Below, in pieces: positions 40,429-54,100 of a stretch of 64,000 nucleotides of DNA. Made by a program: the position numbers and the translations under genes. Numbering within the stretch: the first letter of the stretch is position 1; each line of letters opens with the position of its first letter. The notes beneath the pieces are model-generated. The model was not told where the DNA came from. It did no database searches and saw only the letters and a list, made by a program, of their open reading frames with translations. This DNA is from Phoronis australis (lineage: Eukaryota; Animalia; Phoronida), in contig NMRA01000716.1 of the NCBI GenBank assembly GCA_002633005.1, forward strand, positions 48,596-112,595, given 5' to 3'.

Positions 40429-40734
40429 AACACAGCTGAATACTGTTTCAGTATTATTTAATTTCCTTATTAGTCAGTAGATGGCGTGACTAGTGTCAAA
40501 ATCGCCTTCTCATTCAAATAAAAGTGCCGTGTCGCAAACTCGTCAACCTTTTATTCGCACTAATGGCAACCAGTCTTGAAACATGGTGGCAGCTTTGTTG
40601 AAGATTATCTTGTTAGGATACTAACCTAATCATCCAATGGCAACAGGGTAAGCGTACATTGTATGTTAATATCGGACATTCTGTCAAGAGCAACCACTCA
40701 AAAACAACTGCTTAAGAAACACTAGTTCTGTGAC

Positions 40735-41038
40735 GTGGCTCCAGCGTCTCACGATCAACAGAGCACTAAGTCTGATTTCATCCTTCAGTAACTCGCTCAT
40801 GTCTTAATGGATGACGTCAGAACAAAGACGATTTTCCCACTGTCACTTCGACCTTTCTTCTCCATTCGTGACGAGTGCTTTCTAGAACTAAGTGATGGTC
40901 TGATTTCCTGAGAGGAGAAATTTGTTGTACCTATTTGCATTCAACTGACGAATCTCTTCCATGAACCACATCTTGGTGTTGAAAGTTCTTCACGTAGATA
41001 ACGGGAATGTCTCCACTGGCCAGGAATTACTGAGATGT
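40735..41038 (+). mobile_element. Old Gypsy pol fragment (pre-integrase linker and zinc-finger start)
   Basis: Translation LRPFFSIRDECFLELSDGLIS*EEKFVVP...FHEPHLGVESSSRR*RECLHWPGI matches the Gypsy motif LRPY...RDEL...DG.....VVP...LH..HLG.......R....WPG. Confidence 0.75.
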
Positions 41039-42783
41039 TGGTACTAGGATAGGAAAAGGTTGTCGAAGTTATAAAAACTGACCAGCCCTGCGATTTTCTC
41101 CTGTTTTCACTTTATTCATTTCGTCTGTTCGAAAATGTCCTCGGGCTGAGCCATCTGATTTGTCTCAGAACCGAAAGTGGTCTTTTTAATTTTGTTTGTT
41201 TTAGGTAATCTAATCAGCAATGAATTAGGCTGTTTTTTCATAAGTGATTCGGTATTTGCAAGTGTATACTACAAGCTTTTTCAATGGGTCGAAATATTTT
41301 TACGACCGTCCTTCCAAACTTCAGGTGCTATTTCCAAAACTGAAGCCTGGGGACACCAGACACTAAATCTGCAGTACTAAAACCCAGAGGTTATGTCATT
41401 GGCACTACTATTTCGTTTTCAATGCATTTATTTTTCTTGTTTTGCTATTTTAACCATAAAAACAATGACACGTAATATATAAATAGCTTTGGAGATTTCA
41501 CCTTCAACTTTTATGAGATAAGATTTCGTCGTGTTAAGGATACCAGCATTTTGTTTCCAATGTATTTTCTTTAGCTTCCGAGATATACAATACCTCAAGC
41601 CTAAATCCAGCTTGTAACCTCAGCGGTCGCAGTCCTTCGGTTCATTACATGACTTTGCCGGCGGCGCTAAACCGAACTGGTTTGTGACACAGTATTTCAA
41701 TTTTTTGCAACCTGCAAAGTTTCCCCCTTTGGTTTTAGCGAACGCCACTGGCGAACCACGATTGGCATCACCTGAAAGATGAAGTACTAGCACGCCTAAA
41801 ATCTCACCAGTAGCCCTCCTTCAGAAATACATAGGAAACGGGTTAGTTATGTTAGCAATTTGAGTAAGGGGAGATAACTATGAAATTTGCCTATACACTA
41901 CTACCCAAAGTTATTGGTGAGAAATTTTCGACATCCCTTCATGGAGGTTTGAAGTTTGCCCCATTCACGACTATGGGGTTGGAAAAGCGTTGCATTTTAG
42001 TCCGCCACACCTTTTCTTCAGTATGCACATGTATATTATTTTAACAGCATTTACGTGTCAACTTCGAAAAACGAACACGGCCAGGAACGTTAAACGCTTG
42101 CTAGTAATGCTTAAGTAATCGATGTTAATTGGCTAAATAACATGTTCACGAGTGCTTAGTTATGAACAGGCTAGATGTTCTTTAAGAACAAGATCTCATT
42201 CTAACATTGTATTATTTCATTAATCCGTGAATATCAGGTACGTTAAAAGTAAATCCCTCAATCAAATGTTTTCCGTATATATGATGTCCAAGTAATGAAT
42301 AGAAAATTTTTCGTTTTTATGTTCAAATTCTTTATCAACAACGAATTTTGTCACTTCATTTGCCTTAGTTGTAAAAAATCAAATCGCGCGAAGGAACTTC
42401 GTACATTTTCTCGGAATGTATTTCTACACACTTTAAATGACTAGAATTTATGATCAGGAGCAATTGTAATGTGGCGTGCGACGTTTCTTGTTAAAAGGGA
42501 ATTATGACGAAGTCAGGGAGGCAGTTAGTTGCTTAATTAGTTATGAGATGGAAATTTGGATTTAAATACAATTTTAGTAAACGTACCTGACATGACAAAG
42601 AATATGTGACTCCTCATGTAAAGGTATCATCGACTGTACGCAACTTGAGATGGAGCCACTGTTGTTTTAAGTTTTGTCTGGATGTTGAGGATGAAATAAA
42701 TTAAGTAAAACACTGAAACTTTAAAAATTTATTTTTGCATCTTTCTTAATCTGAAAATTTCCTGTTATCTGAGAATCACTTGA

Positions 42784-42870
42784 TAAATGGCGGCTTGGAA
42801 ACGAAGGTGTGTCAAGGATGCTGCGTTCTGATTGGTCAGTTAAGCCATCACTCAAAATCCTGGCGATAGT
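42784..42870. repeat. Short dispersed repeat; inverted copy at about 60745-60830
   Basis: AAATGG..CYTGGAAAC.AAGGTGT...TGCTGCGTTCTGATTGGTCAGTTAAG..TCACTCAAAATCCTGGC occurs in opposite orientations at both sites. Confidence 0.7.
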
Positions 42871-43907
42871 CCTATTAGTAAATCCCCGAGTGATTTAAAA
42901 TCCGCTGAAGTTTTTCCTCGTTGCATCACACTGTGGGTGACTTGGATTGTGGTGGACGGTCTTTTCCACAACCGCTAATTAAGGTTACGGAGAGCCTTAG
43001 AAAAAGTGTCCAACTTTGGCCAACCTCGGAACATATCTCGGTAATGGCTGATCGGATTCATGTGAAATTTGCACACACTATTCTATGTGCACTGTTCTTG
43101 AACGCACCACTAGAAATTGTTTTACATGTGTTCCGCAGCGGTGTGAGGATTTATAAAATATCGGACTTTACAGATTTTCATGACCAAAAGTTGTATAAAA
43201 CGAAAAGGAAATTATTACTTGTCTTAAAAATTGTTGTTGATACCGTTGCTGTGTCTTCGTTAGGCCAATTTTACTAAACATGCATAACCACATGATTTAG
43301 CTAATGAGAGATTGGTAAGCAAGAAAAATCAAATTCCACAAGTTATCAGTATTAACATACCATTACTGAGTTAAAATCTACAGTTTTGTAGATATCTGAC
43401 TAAATTCACTTGTCGATAGGCCTTACGTAGCGCTTATCGAGATAGCAGTGAGTGTTCAACCTCCTAAACTTACTTCATTCTTTTGTGAACAAACGGGATT
43501 AAAATCACAACACCATATCTGTTGGATAGCGTTACAGACACTCGTTTGTGCAGCTTCGTCAGGTTTATAGTTATGAAGTAAATTGTCAATAGACATGGCC
43601 AACCTATAAATTTAAAAAGCAGCTATATTTCGAGAAATAATGTCTCATCATCGGGCACGTGGTAAAATCGAAAGCTATAAACAAAGTCATCTGTGGCAGC
43701 AAGTAAATAAGCGTCCAAACTGTGAATGTGAATAAAACAGACTTTGGGAAGCACACAGGCCACTCCAGGAACAGAGCCAGCGTACGGTGAACGTCTGTGA
43801 GCAGCTCATTTAGCACAGATTTTCCATAACCTGTCAACAGAGACTCCAATAGCTTCAACCGAAATGGTAATTTTTATGCATGGCGAAAGAATGTATCTGC
43901 TAGTTAA

Positions 43908-46900
43908 TAGTCTTGACGCATTTTCTGAAAAGAGCCCTGTATAAGGTTCTAGAAGCATTTTTTAGTAAAAGTTGGGAACAAGATTTTTTAACACAATCAA
44001 GGTATGGCGAATTCAATTAACCCTGTTCCCAAGCCGAATTTTGCATTTTTGACCATCTAATTTGCATAAACAAAATGGCGGCCAAATTGTCAAGTTCAGA
44101 TGTATTTTTGTAATAGAAATCACCATAAACCATTTAAAATGTTGAAATGTCTCACCTGTACACTTCTTATAAATACTTCTTGAGCAATACATCAATTATG
44201 AATACTAAAAAAATGCAATTCTGAAAACTAATTATGCAAATAAGGTGCCGCCATTACCATACAATGTAATTTGCGTCTTAAGTTTGTGTTCCTGCAGGCT
44301 AACTTGAAAAATGAGTTGTTTATACTTATATTTTCATGGTCAACAAACATGCTTAAGACATTTTTGGAGCAATTTATTTCATATTTATTGGGTTATAGAT
44401 GTATACTTTCAGAATGTGGAAAAAATAGTCATTAATCTGCAATGCTGGTCTCGCAAGGTGTCACTAGTTTGATGGAATATAGAACAAATGTTCACACTAT
44501 CCCGTTATCTTCCATTCATAAAAAATCGATATAGTTATTGTTATTGAAGACATTAAATTCTCAGTTGCATGAATTATTTTCAGGCCTGCTGAACACAGTT
44601 TTAGCATTCACTTTTTGGTACTTTTAAACATGCCTAATGCCAGGCAAATCAAACTGTTTGCATACAAGGAATGTGCTGCTGGAATGAGCATAATGATATG
44701 CATTCTCTGCTGTTGCGTTGTTTCTGGCATGCACACAATACCATCTCCAGGCAGTTGTCTCGGATAGAACTCTGTGTCATCAGTATGGGCTGCAAGCATA
44801 CGTTTGTGTGTCCCTCCCATATCAGAGGGTACTGGGAGCTCAGGTATAAAACAATGATCATTTTGCCATACCTTGACCTGATAGTGCACTCTCATCAGAT
44901 GGAAACGGCCGGCATTATGGGTGAGGGGGAAGGACTTCTGGGTTCAAGGGGTGGGAGAATAGTAAATGGCGTGCTACATCTACAGGTCGTGTTGTATATT
45001 CTGCAGACAAATACTTCTGAAGCCACCGTAATTTGCTCAGTGATTTCACCAATGCAGGGGTTCTTAAGCATCTGTGATGCTCTAGGAACACCTTCCATGA
45101 TGATAGTTTCATGTGATTGGCAAAGTACGAGTTGGTCCCAAACCCGGTCACGGCATGGAAAGCAAACAAGGATGTTGCTGAGTCTCTTAGTAGTTTGTTG
45201 AAAAGTGCTTCAGTGTGTATATCTCGTCATTTCTTTGATGTGCCTGACATCATACAGATATGCTCACTTTGCATTTGTTGGACGTGCGATACCAGAAGCA
45301 ATAGAACATCGGGTGTCTCTGGAAATACGACTGAGTGTGGACAGCATGCAGTACCATTCTTGCATCTGCTTCTTCATTTGTGGATTTCAGAGTCCTCAAA
45401 TCAGTCATAACCTTAGATGATTTAATTTACTTCCAGCTCATCTTTGAACCCTCCTGCAACCATAAACTCTTTATCTTCAGGCGTCTACAAACACAGTTCC
45501 CCTGGCAAGAAATGTGCTAGGTCTTCGTTATTCTCAGCCAGTGCCCGAAAATTTGACCAGTTTTGAGGAAGAGGTACACCACGGCCTTCCAAAAATCACC
45601 TGATTTTCTGTGTTCCTTTACTACGCTGTTTTCCTGTTGTGTATTTCATAGTTCCTTGTCTGTATCTGTTAAATACAATGTCAATTTTATGATATCGAAA
45701 TCCTGTGTTTAGCACTGTTTTCATGAATGAATCAGCCAGGTTCTCGAAGGTCACATCACCATCAAGCTTCCCAAGAGCTACCAGCAATGCTTCGCCATCA
45801 AAAATGAGGCAAGCGGGCGAGCCATGAAGTTGAATTCTTTTAGGACAGTCGATGTGTTAACTATTAATACTTCGGCAAGTGAAGATTTATCTCCAGTGCG
45901 CAATGTGCCACTCGTTTCTGTAAGAAAACATGGACGGGAAGAAGCTCGCGTTTGAGCACAGACGGCAAATCAACTGGCCGACCCACCTCATAAGCCGTAG
46001 CTAGGCAGCGAAGTATATCTCTCTCTGCCTTAAGAACTATTTTCTTGTCTTTGTCTTTGGATTGTTTCACCACATCATGTAAGTTGGCAAATGTTGGGGC
46101 ATTATTTTTGCGCATAGGCGCGTGAATTGACATGTCTGAATTATCGCATTGCTCAGTGATAATCGGTCTCGAACAAATTTCTTAGTTTGTTCGTGTCCAA
46201 GTTCCTTGGCATGTAAAAGTGACTCTTGGATTAGTGCTGTTGCTAGGTCTTTTGTTGCAAGGCTTTGTAGCAGCTAAGGCCTTGCGGACGAGAAGACCTT
46301 CAATCCATGGAATGCGTAAAGAAGGGAACTCTCAACAGTTGCCTCGTGGCTTCGTTATGAAACTATGTACTCCCACAGCAGTAAGTTTGTTCAGCTATAT
46401 GAGATTTCAGATTAAATGAGAGTGTCCACCTCCATAGAGCTGACAAGGTTTTGGTATTACCGATGATACCACGTCCTTTTTGCCTGCCCCATTTACCCAC
46501 TGGTCAGAATCTTCCTGACAGAGCATGTGAGGAGATCACTTAACTACAAAATTTCCTGCTTGAAACTCTGACCAAACAGACTGTGGAAGCTGATGTATCT
46601 CCGCTAAAAAGACCTCGCCCCACTCGGGCATAATTCGGTGAGGCAGCACGAGAGTAAATGAATACAGATGCAGCTCCAAAATACCATCCCGTTGAGAGCA
46701 TGTGTACTTTAACAATATTGGAACCATGTACATGTAACTCCACCAGACGCTGAAATTCACATCAGAACTACTGTTGACAAAATGCCCAGGAGTTTCCTGA
46801 ACTTATCCTAATTGAGAAATGTTAAAAACTCCGAAATTTTCTGTGGATCATCATCTGCAGACATACTGGTACTACAAGCATGACAGTCGCTTCTGCAATA

Positions 46901-47871
46901 AACGAGAGAAGGCTTGACACATGCAGGAGATGCCACAGAGCTTGCAAAGACAGTTTGTGTGCCCTCATCCTGTAGCTTTGCTGTACGACTTTCCACTGAG
47001 GACCAGTTCCATAGGTCTTGACCAAGTACTGCACTCTCTATACACACCTCAGCTATTCCGGAATCACTCATGTGATCTTCTATGGCCTTGATAAAGTTCA
47101 TTGATAGTGAAGAACCATTAACGAGGTACTGTATTAACATATGTTGGTATTCTGGGACCGACCACGTAAGCTCCATTAATCTGCAGCAGAGTGCTTGGTC
47201 GACTGTGAGGACTTTATGTTCCTGTCCAAAATGGGACGATATGGCCATACATCTCTTTACAACAGTATTTAAAAGTCATGTTGTTATGTTTACAATACTT
47301 TTATGTCTTATCTAAATAGTGAGATGTTCGCAAAAAAGCATTGATAATTATGATTTCTAATTTAATTTTCAGACTTTATTTATGAGCATTTGTAACTTAG
47401 TGAAGATGAAATAAAAAGCTTCACATGTGTCATAATGATTTTTCTAGACCTTCAAAACATAGGTATAGACACCTTAGTTGTCATGTTTGCCTGCAAATTG
47501 ATAAAGTTACACCGAAATTTGAATTTTTTGGTAATGGCGGAAGCTAATTAGCATAATTGGGGAATTTAATGACGTTCATTAATATGCTCTTAAATTTAAG
47601 TGATCTAAACACACTTATACTATGTTTTTGAAGCAAAAATTTCCTAATTATTCGTCACATATTGTACTCCTGGTCTTACGAATGTTTGTTATCTTGGTTG
47701 TTTGGCGGCCATTTTCTTTATGCAAATTAGATGGTCAAAAACTCAAAATCCAGCTTGGGAACAGGCATAATCGAAATCAGCATACCATAATTATGCTAAA
47801 AAGATAGGTTCTCCACTTTTACTAAAAAAATGCCTCTAACATCCACATTTTCCAGAAATGCGTCTAGACTA
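43908..47871 (-). mobile_element. Decayed Academ (AcademX-type) DNA transposon with long imperfect TIRs
   Basis: Termini TAGTCTTGACGCA...TGCGTCTAGACTA; TIR similarity over about 450 bp. Fragmented minus-strand ORFs give transposase motifs LTVDQALCCRLMEL.W, SMNFIKAI..HM..SG, NYAR, FQAGNFVVK; XPG-like FHAVTG..T.SYF...K.S.WKVF and RVHYQVKVW; Cys-rich end LEMVLCAC. TSD not resolved. Confidence 0.82.
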
Positions 47872-48183
47872 AGTTGCCTAAGGCCAATATGCACCCCCCA
47901 AAAGAAAGGTGTTCCAAAACTTAATTTTTAAAGACTTTTGATTCATCATACATGTAGGTAAGAACTTTCATTCGCTATATAATATATTACTTCTGCAATT
48001 TGTTTTGAGTCACGCACCATCTCAGTACAAATTATTTGGATTAAACGTGCAGGACTTGGTACTCGTATCGAAAAGAATTCTCTCGTAAAGCTACGCATTT
48101 GGTGTGTACCAAGTTTGAATCACTTTAAAGTTGAAACACACACACGCACAGTCACTAATGTCATTGGTTTTGATGCCAAGAAA

Positions 48184-51100
48184 CTAGTCTGCTCCAGACA
48201 TCTTGGGAGGTTGATCATTTCTGGTTTCTATTAGGTCACCAGCTTTCCCTTGGGTCTTTAATTCGAAAACATTCTTAGTAGACGGAACTATTTTCTTGTG
48301 CCTGAGAAAAAAGAAAAAAACAATTGTCGTTAAGTTAGACTGACCTAGAACGTTTGAAGTGTACACTGTCAAAGGTACATGTACATACGTGACCTGCAAA
48401 TTACACAAGGCCACCACTCATTGCAAGCTTCAGAAGACAAAAAGGAATTGTTATAATTAGTTATACCGCGTGTTTCTACTCACTGTCTCATTTTCGAACC
48501 AGCATTTGCGCCTTACCTGGTCTTAATTCTGTAAGTAGTCAGTGCAACTGTGCCTATGGAAACAACAAACAACAAAACAGTCCCAACAACGATGAGAATG
48601 TCGTACCGCCCCCCGTGTGGGTTGGAGACACTGGTTGGTTCACTGGCATTTTCAGACGCTGCTTGCTCACGAGACGTTGTGGACACCCTATCTAGGTACA
48701 TTGTAGTGCCAGGAGGTAGTGGGCTTGTCGTTTTCAGGGCTGCGTCAGCATATGTCGACACGCAAAGAGCTGAAAAAAGACCTAACTGTGGCGATTAGAC
48801 AGTTTGTATGACATATACATGTACTACCACCATATAATCCCCTACAGGTGTGCAGATACAGACTGTGAAGTAACAGCTAAACTATTGGTATCAGAATGTG
48901 ATTGTATTTAAATACTGTAGTTTCAAAAAGAGTCTATTTACAGATAGATTGGAATTCCAGGGCACCTTGTTTTGTTGGATGGTAAGCTTTAGGTAAATGC
49001 AGTCGCAACTCGGAGATTCCCGACAGTTAAACAAACCACTCCAGACAACCACAGGCTCTGTGTTATTTCGTAAAATGCACCACACTGTTAGTACTAAACT
49101 GTATGCAAACAATGACATGTAACGCAGAGGTAATGCTACCAACAAGTTACCGTAAAGTGTCCAACTGTGATGGCTTTTATCCGTGTTGCACACCTCACAC
49201 GAATTTGAGGGATTGTTCAAACCATGAGGAAAGCAGACTCCTTCAATCAAACAGGACTGCTCCTGGAATACAATGCCTGCTGATTAGAAATACACTGTTT
49301 CTGTAAAGTCAAAATGTACATGCATGACTGTATAAATTGTATACGTCAGGATTCGTAAAGTTTACTAATTAAATGCCTTTGCAAAAAGACCTAACGACTC
49401 ATGATATCGGTGTGAATTCCAAAATTCTTATCCCAAGGTACATGAAAATGACTGCTGCCCATTTCTTGATATCTCCTTTCAGATTCAACAGTTATGCTCC
49501 ATTCCAACACCAGTCTATTAAAAACGCAATGGCAGAATAGCCATCATCATAATTTTTACTCGAACCACGCATTGTATTGGAAACTCCTTTGCACAGTGAC
49601 AGGAATCGGATGCCAGAGATCAATGCATGTGTGAGAAACGTCGCTGCAGCTACGTGAACACGACCGAAGCCATCATTTTACTACGAGAGCGACACCTAGG
49701 CCTACCAAGAAATCCAGCCTAAGATCGCGCAAGAATATTTGAGGGGCAATGCAAGACCAAACAACGTCGTCACTGCACGCCCTGTCGCAATTCTCATACT
49801 ACAACCGTTTGCAAAGACCTACGAAAACAATTTTGTAAGTTTTCGTTGCTACAAAATGTAGTTTGTTGATGTGCTAAAACCGTCAAACTGCAATATGTTA
49901 TGAAGACCTGAGAATCCAAAATTGACGTTATTTCGAGAACAAGTAATTGCGAGATCAAGAACAACGATTTCAAATTAAAACATACTACCTACCAACCTTA
50001 CAATATCACTGACAGACGGCAATGGAATATTTATTCATTTGAGTTTCACATTTCAGTCTTCAGTGCCATTATTACCTTTATCTCCACACGGCATATCATT
50101 CCAGTGTCTTACTGTTGAACTTATCTCTGCCAACATCGCAGTTTCCGCAACCTCGTCATCCTGCCAGAGAGATCCTCTTCATCGTCGTCACCGTTAACTT
50201 CTATACGATACCGTTCTCCTCAATCTGTTGACGTGACTTGTAAGGGGAAAGCGGTGATCATTTGTACCTCATCCACCTCCACTTTCCCAATTTTCATTGG
50301 GGGGAGGGCGGGGTAGAACCATCCATTCTCTAAGACCATGATGCTTGTGTATACAGATATTGCGCGCAAATGCGTTATGGTTATACAGCGGCGGTCAGTA
50401 ATTCGAAGGCCTGCATAACCGGTCATAGTGTGAGGTTTGCGACGGTCTGTGTATCTACACAAATTACAAATTGCCGCATCCGAAATTCGCAACAGGTCTG
50501 AACCTACTTTTGTGATATGTGACATTTTGTGCAGCTGCTGCAGTTTGAGGTCTTACAGGGTACTAACCTCCGCGTTCTCGCTGACGAATGGGATAAAAAC
50601 TGATTAGTTAAGCATTCAGCAGAATAACCTTAACGCGCATACGCACGCTTCCGCGAAAACGGAAGACCACACAATACTTGTGTTAAGTTTTTTTGCCTCC
50701 ATGACATCAATCAAAAGACAGGAATATGCCGAGCTAGCGGGCAAGTTAATTTTTTGAATTAATATTGAAGCGGACAGAATCCTGTTTGAAGATATCTTTT
50801 AAATTACAGTTACTTTTAAATGGTGGAAGTAGTGAATAATTACAAACCATACACCTCGACAATTTCCGACATGAAAATGAGCATGACATTCCAAAACGAG
50901 GCCAATGAAAATAACGCGCTTTCTTATTTACGGTTGAATTCAATCGCTGTGTAATCCGGGACGGTCTAGTGCATCCAAATTTGTCGTAGCTCGTTTAATG
51001 AAATGTGATTACCTTTGAAAGCTGAAACATGATAAATAAAAAAGCTCGTCTAGAGGCAAAATAATGAAATCAAATGGAAACGTTTTTGTACTTACATACA

Positions 51101-54100
51101 GCGAAGACCACGCGAATGGATTTCTAGAGGGGATGCAGACTTCGCATGGGTTAGTTGGATTTGTTTCGCCTTCGTACGAGCAAAACCCGCTTATAAGGCA
51201 CGAATTGGTCTGTGAATAAAGCAGGAATATATTAGATGCTATGTAACTGAAACACTTACTACAAGTGAACTTAAGACTCACCTCGGGCCGCCACATAGTG
51301 ACATTCAACATAAACATTAACACAGGTGCTTGAAAGGTAATACTCATGAGTAAGCCTATCACTACTGTTACTATATGTAAAGTATGGTCAATATACCATG
51401 CAATAGGCACTTTGTAGTTTAGAGGTGACCAGGTATACGTGTAACCTTCTCCTTTTTTGAGCAAATGCAAGTAGGCCTATTGATGAGTCACTAAAAATTC
51501 ATTTTAGTTTCATCAACATGGTCACGTCATGGAACAGGAGTTTAATCACCCCTCACTTGTGATGGTGGGCGTTATCATTTATTTAGGTGATATACCTAAT
51601 GCAAATATTCTAAACCAAAACTTTTGGAAATTGGCTACAGGACTGACAGCGTTTGTCAGGATACTGCAGATGGAATACTAACGATATCAACACCGAAGCG
51701 TTCGAATGCATCTTTGGCACAGGACACTCATTTGAAGAACGGAGGTGAGGGTGGTAGACAAGGATAGTTCTTGATTAAGGCAGTTTGGATGAAACTCAAG
51801 AATTCCTCATTTATTAACAACGGCAGGTTAATACGACTCTTTTGGTCCAATGGAACCGATGCAGTTTTCAAGGGAACCAGTCACTCATATCAATCCCCAG
51901 TAGATCTGAATAGCTCCGCGTCTCGTTAACGACGAGATAAATGTTTCAGCGACTTTCCAAAAGTTTCGATTGATCACTTCCACATTACATACATGTACAG
52001 TAGTTTACCTTTCTCAAACATTGTCCTGTTGCATTGCATGTCATACATACGGAGTCGTACACCAAAAGAACAACCCGGTCACTAACGGTCATGCCATCGT
52101 TACTGACACCTATTCGGAATCCCGATACAGGGACTCCAGGCATCGCTCGGTGTCTGCCTTCTATGCTTCTACGAACTCTGGATTTTGGAAGACGGCAGAA
52201 AACTTCAGTAAAAGTTTCAAACTCCGCTTTGGTGTTCGCATTTTCGCCAGTTGCTTTGAAGGAACCATTCGAAGTCATCTAAATGGTGAATAACTGACTT
52301 GTATTTACTGTTAATATCCACATTGTACATGTATGGCACGCTGTTAATAAACTGGTTCTTATCAGTTAAGTTGGGATCAAGACGATTTTTTGCTACTGTA
52401 CGCATAAATTTTTATATCACAAACTTTTGTCATACAGAGCTACTTTAACGTGAGCGCAACTCCTACTGTGTTTAAATGTCCTGATCAATAACCAAAAGTA
52501 AGGCGCGACTGGTTAAAAGTACGCATGTTTTATGCAAGAACTATCCACACCTGCATGTATTCCAAGTGACACGTGAGATTTTCCGATTCCACGAAGTCAT
52601 CACCGTATACAGGGCATCCCAAACAAGGACGCCGTCTGGCGTCACAAAGTCCCTGCTTCGGAATGGCGTAAACACGTGGGGCATTTGCTTTCTCCAACGA
52701 GCAATCGCTACCAATGAATTCCTCATTACACCAACAAACACCTGTAGTAAAAGTAAACATGGAAGTTGCTATCTTAAAGCAACAATTCCGTGGACTAAAC
52801 ACAGTTTTATACATGTACATATAAGTATCCATAACTGTAAAATTGATGAAATACACACTTGTCGTTATTAACAGTCCTTATTCTGTGTTGTTCGTATCCT
52901 CAACTGACCAAGACATGATTAAATCCTGTCTCTTAATTTTGCATATCGGAAAACTTGCTCCCAAAATACAGCCATTGATAACTGTGAAAAGGTGACGACG
53001 AGAGTTAAACCTACGCGTACAAAATTTAAGCAAACAAAAGTACATGTCCATGTATATGTTTTCTGAAAGTATGAAGTGTGTAGACCTTGTTTTTAACTTA
53101 TTACCAATCTGCCACTAATTAAGTTACATGATCTTGCTTTTTCGGAAAATTTTGATAAAAAGAAATATACTTTCATAGCAAAACATCAGGATTACATGGC
53201 AAAATTTCGTATGGCATAAATGCTCAAAAATAAAATCTCAAAAATGCTGTTACGGTTTTCTAGATTATAGTGTCGTTTTCTCTTTATACATTTTTTCATT
53301 AAAAGCATAGCCATAGTTTATGATAGCCCCTCACGCACAAGCGGAACATTTTAAAAAACAACTACTAATGTCGTTTTGAAAAACAGTGTATAAAGTATAG
53401 TGCCTGAATTTTCACCTGAATCTGATCAGCCTTTTCTGAGAAAAGATGTTACGAAGTTGGTTGAAACTGGAATTCTTCTAGGGTCCTACATAAATTTAAT
53501 ATGCAATATTTAATACAGTTATTTAAGTATCTATAACATATTTTATGTTTTATCTACACGACATCGTGGACAGAGGTAGGTCTACATGCGTACATGCTAT
53601 AGTGTTTGGATAAGTCTATCGCGAAAGTTATACAGCGTTGCTTCAACTCACCTTCGTTACATACCCCGTGTCCACTGCACTCGTTGGGGCAAAGGACATT
53701 CATTATAAGCTTTGGAAGTTTAAAAGCAACACGGCTATCGGATGGGACGTTAGGCCTAGTGCTGCTGTTGGCCGCTGTACTGTTGTCTAGCTGCTCTACC
53801 TCCCACATAGTTGTATTCCGTTCGAGTTCAGTCATGCACTCTTTCTGTATGGAGACGAGCGAGGTAGAGGCCCAGTCCGTGCTGTCTGTTAACTATTGAG
53901 CATATAACGTGAAACACGCAGTCAAGCAACAACATCAACGGAACATGAACAATGTAAACATAATTGCTGAAGCATCAAACTAGTAGTTGTTGCAGGAATA
54001 CCGCTTAAAGGATACTAAACACAGTTTTAACAATTTCGTTCAAAACTGGTTATGTCTCTTGATATTGAATGTAAATGTTTCCTCAACTAGTACCTTTGTT

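Noticed and set aside
41370-43600. Possible further DNA-transposon remnants between CLCA-B and the Academ element
   Set aside because: The sequence looks TE-like but no paired termini, TSD or coding motif could be identified.
50040-50525. Possible extra VWDE exon or ORF (…[21 protein letters not shown]…)
   Set aside because: Contains in-frame stops and no recognisable motif; the flanking exons already join in phase without it.
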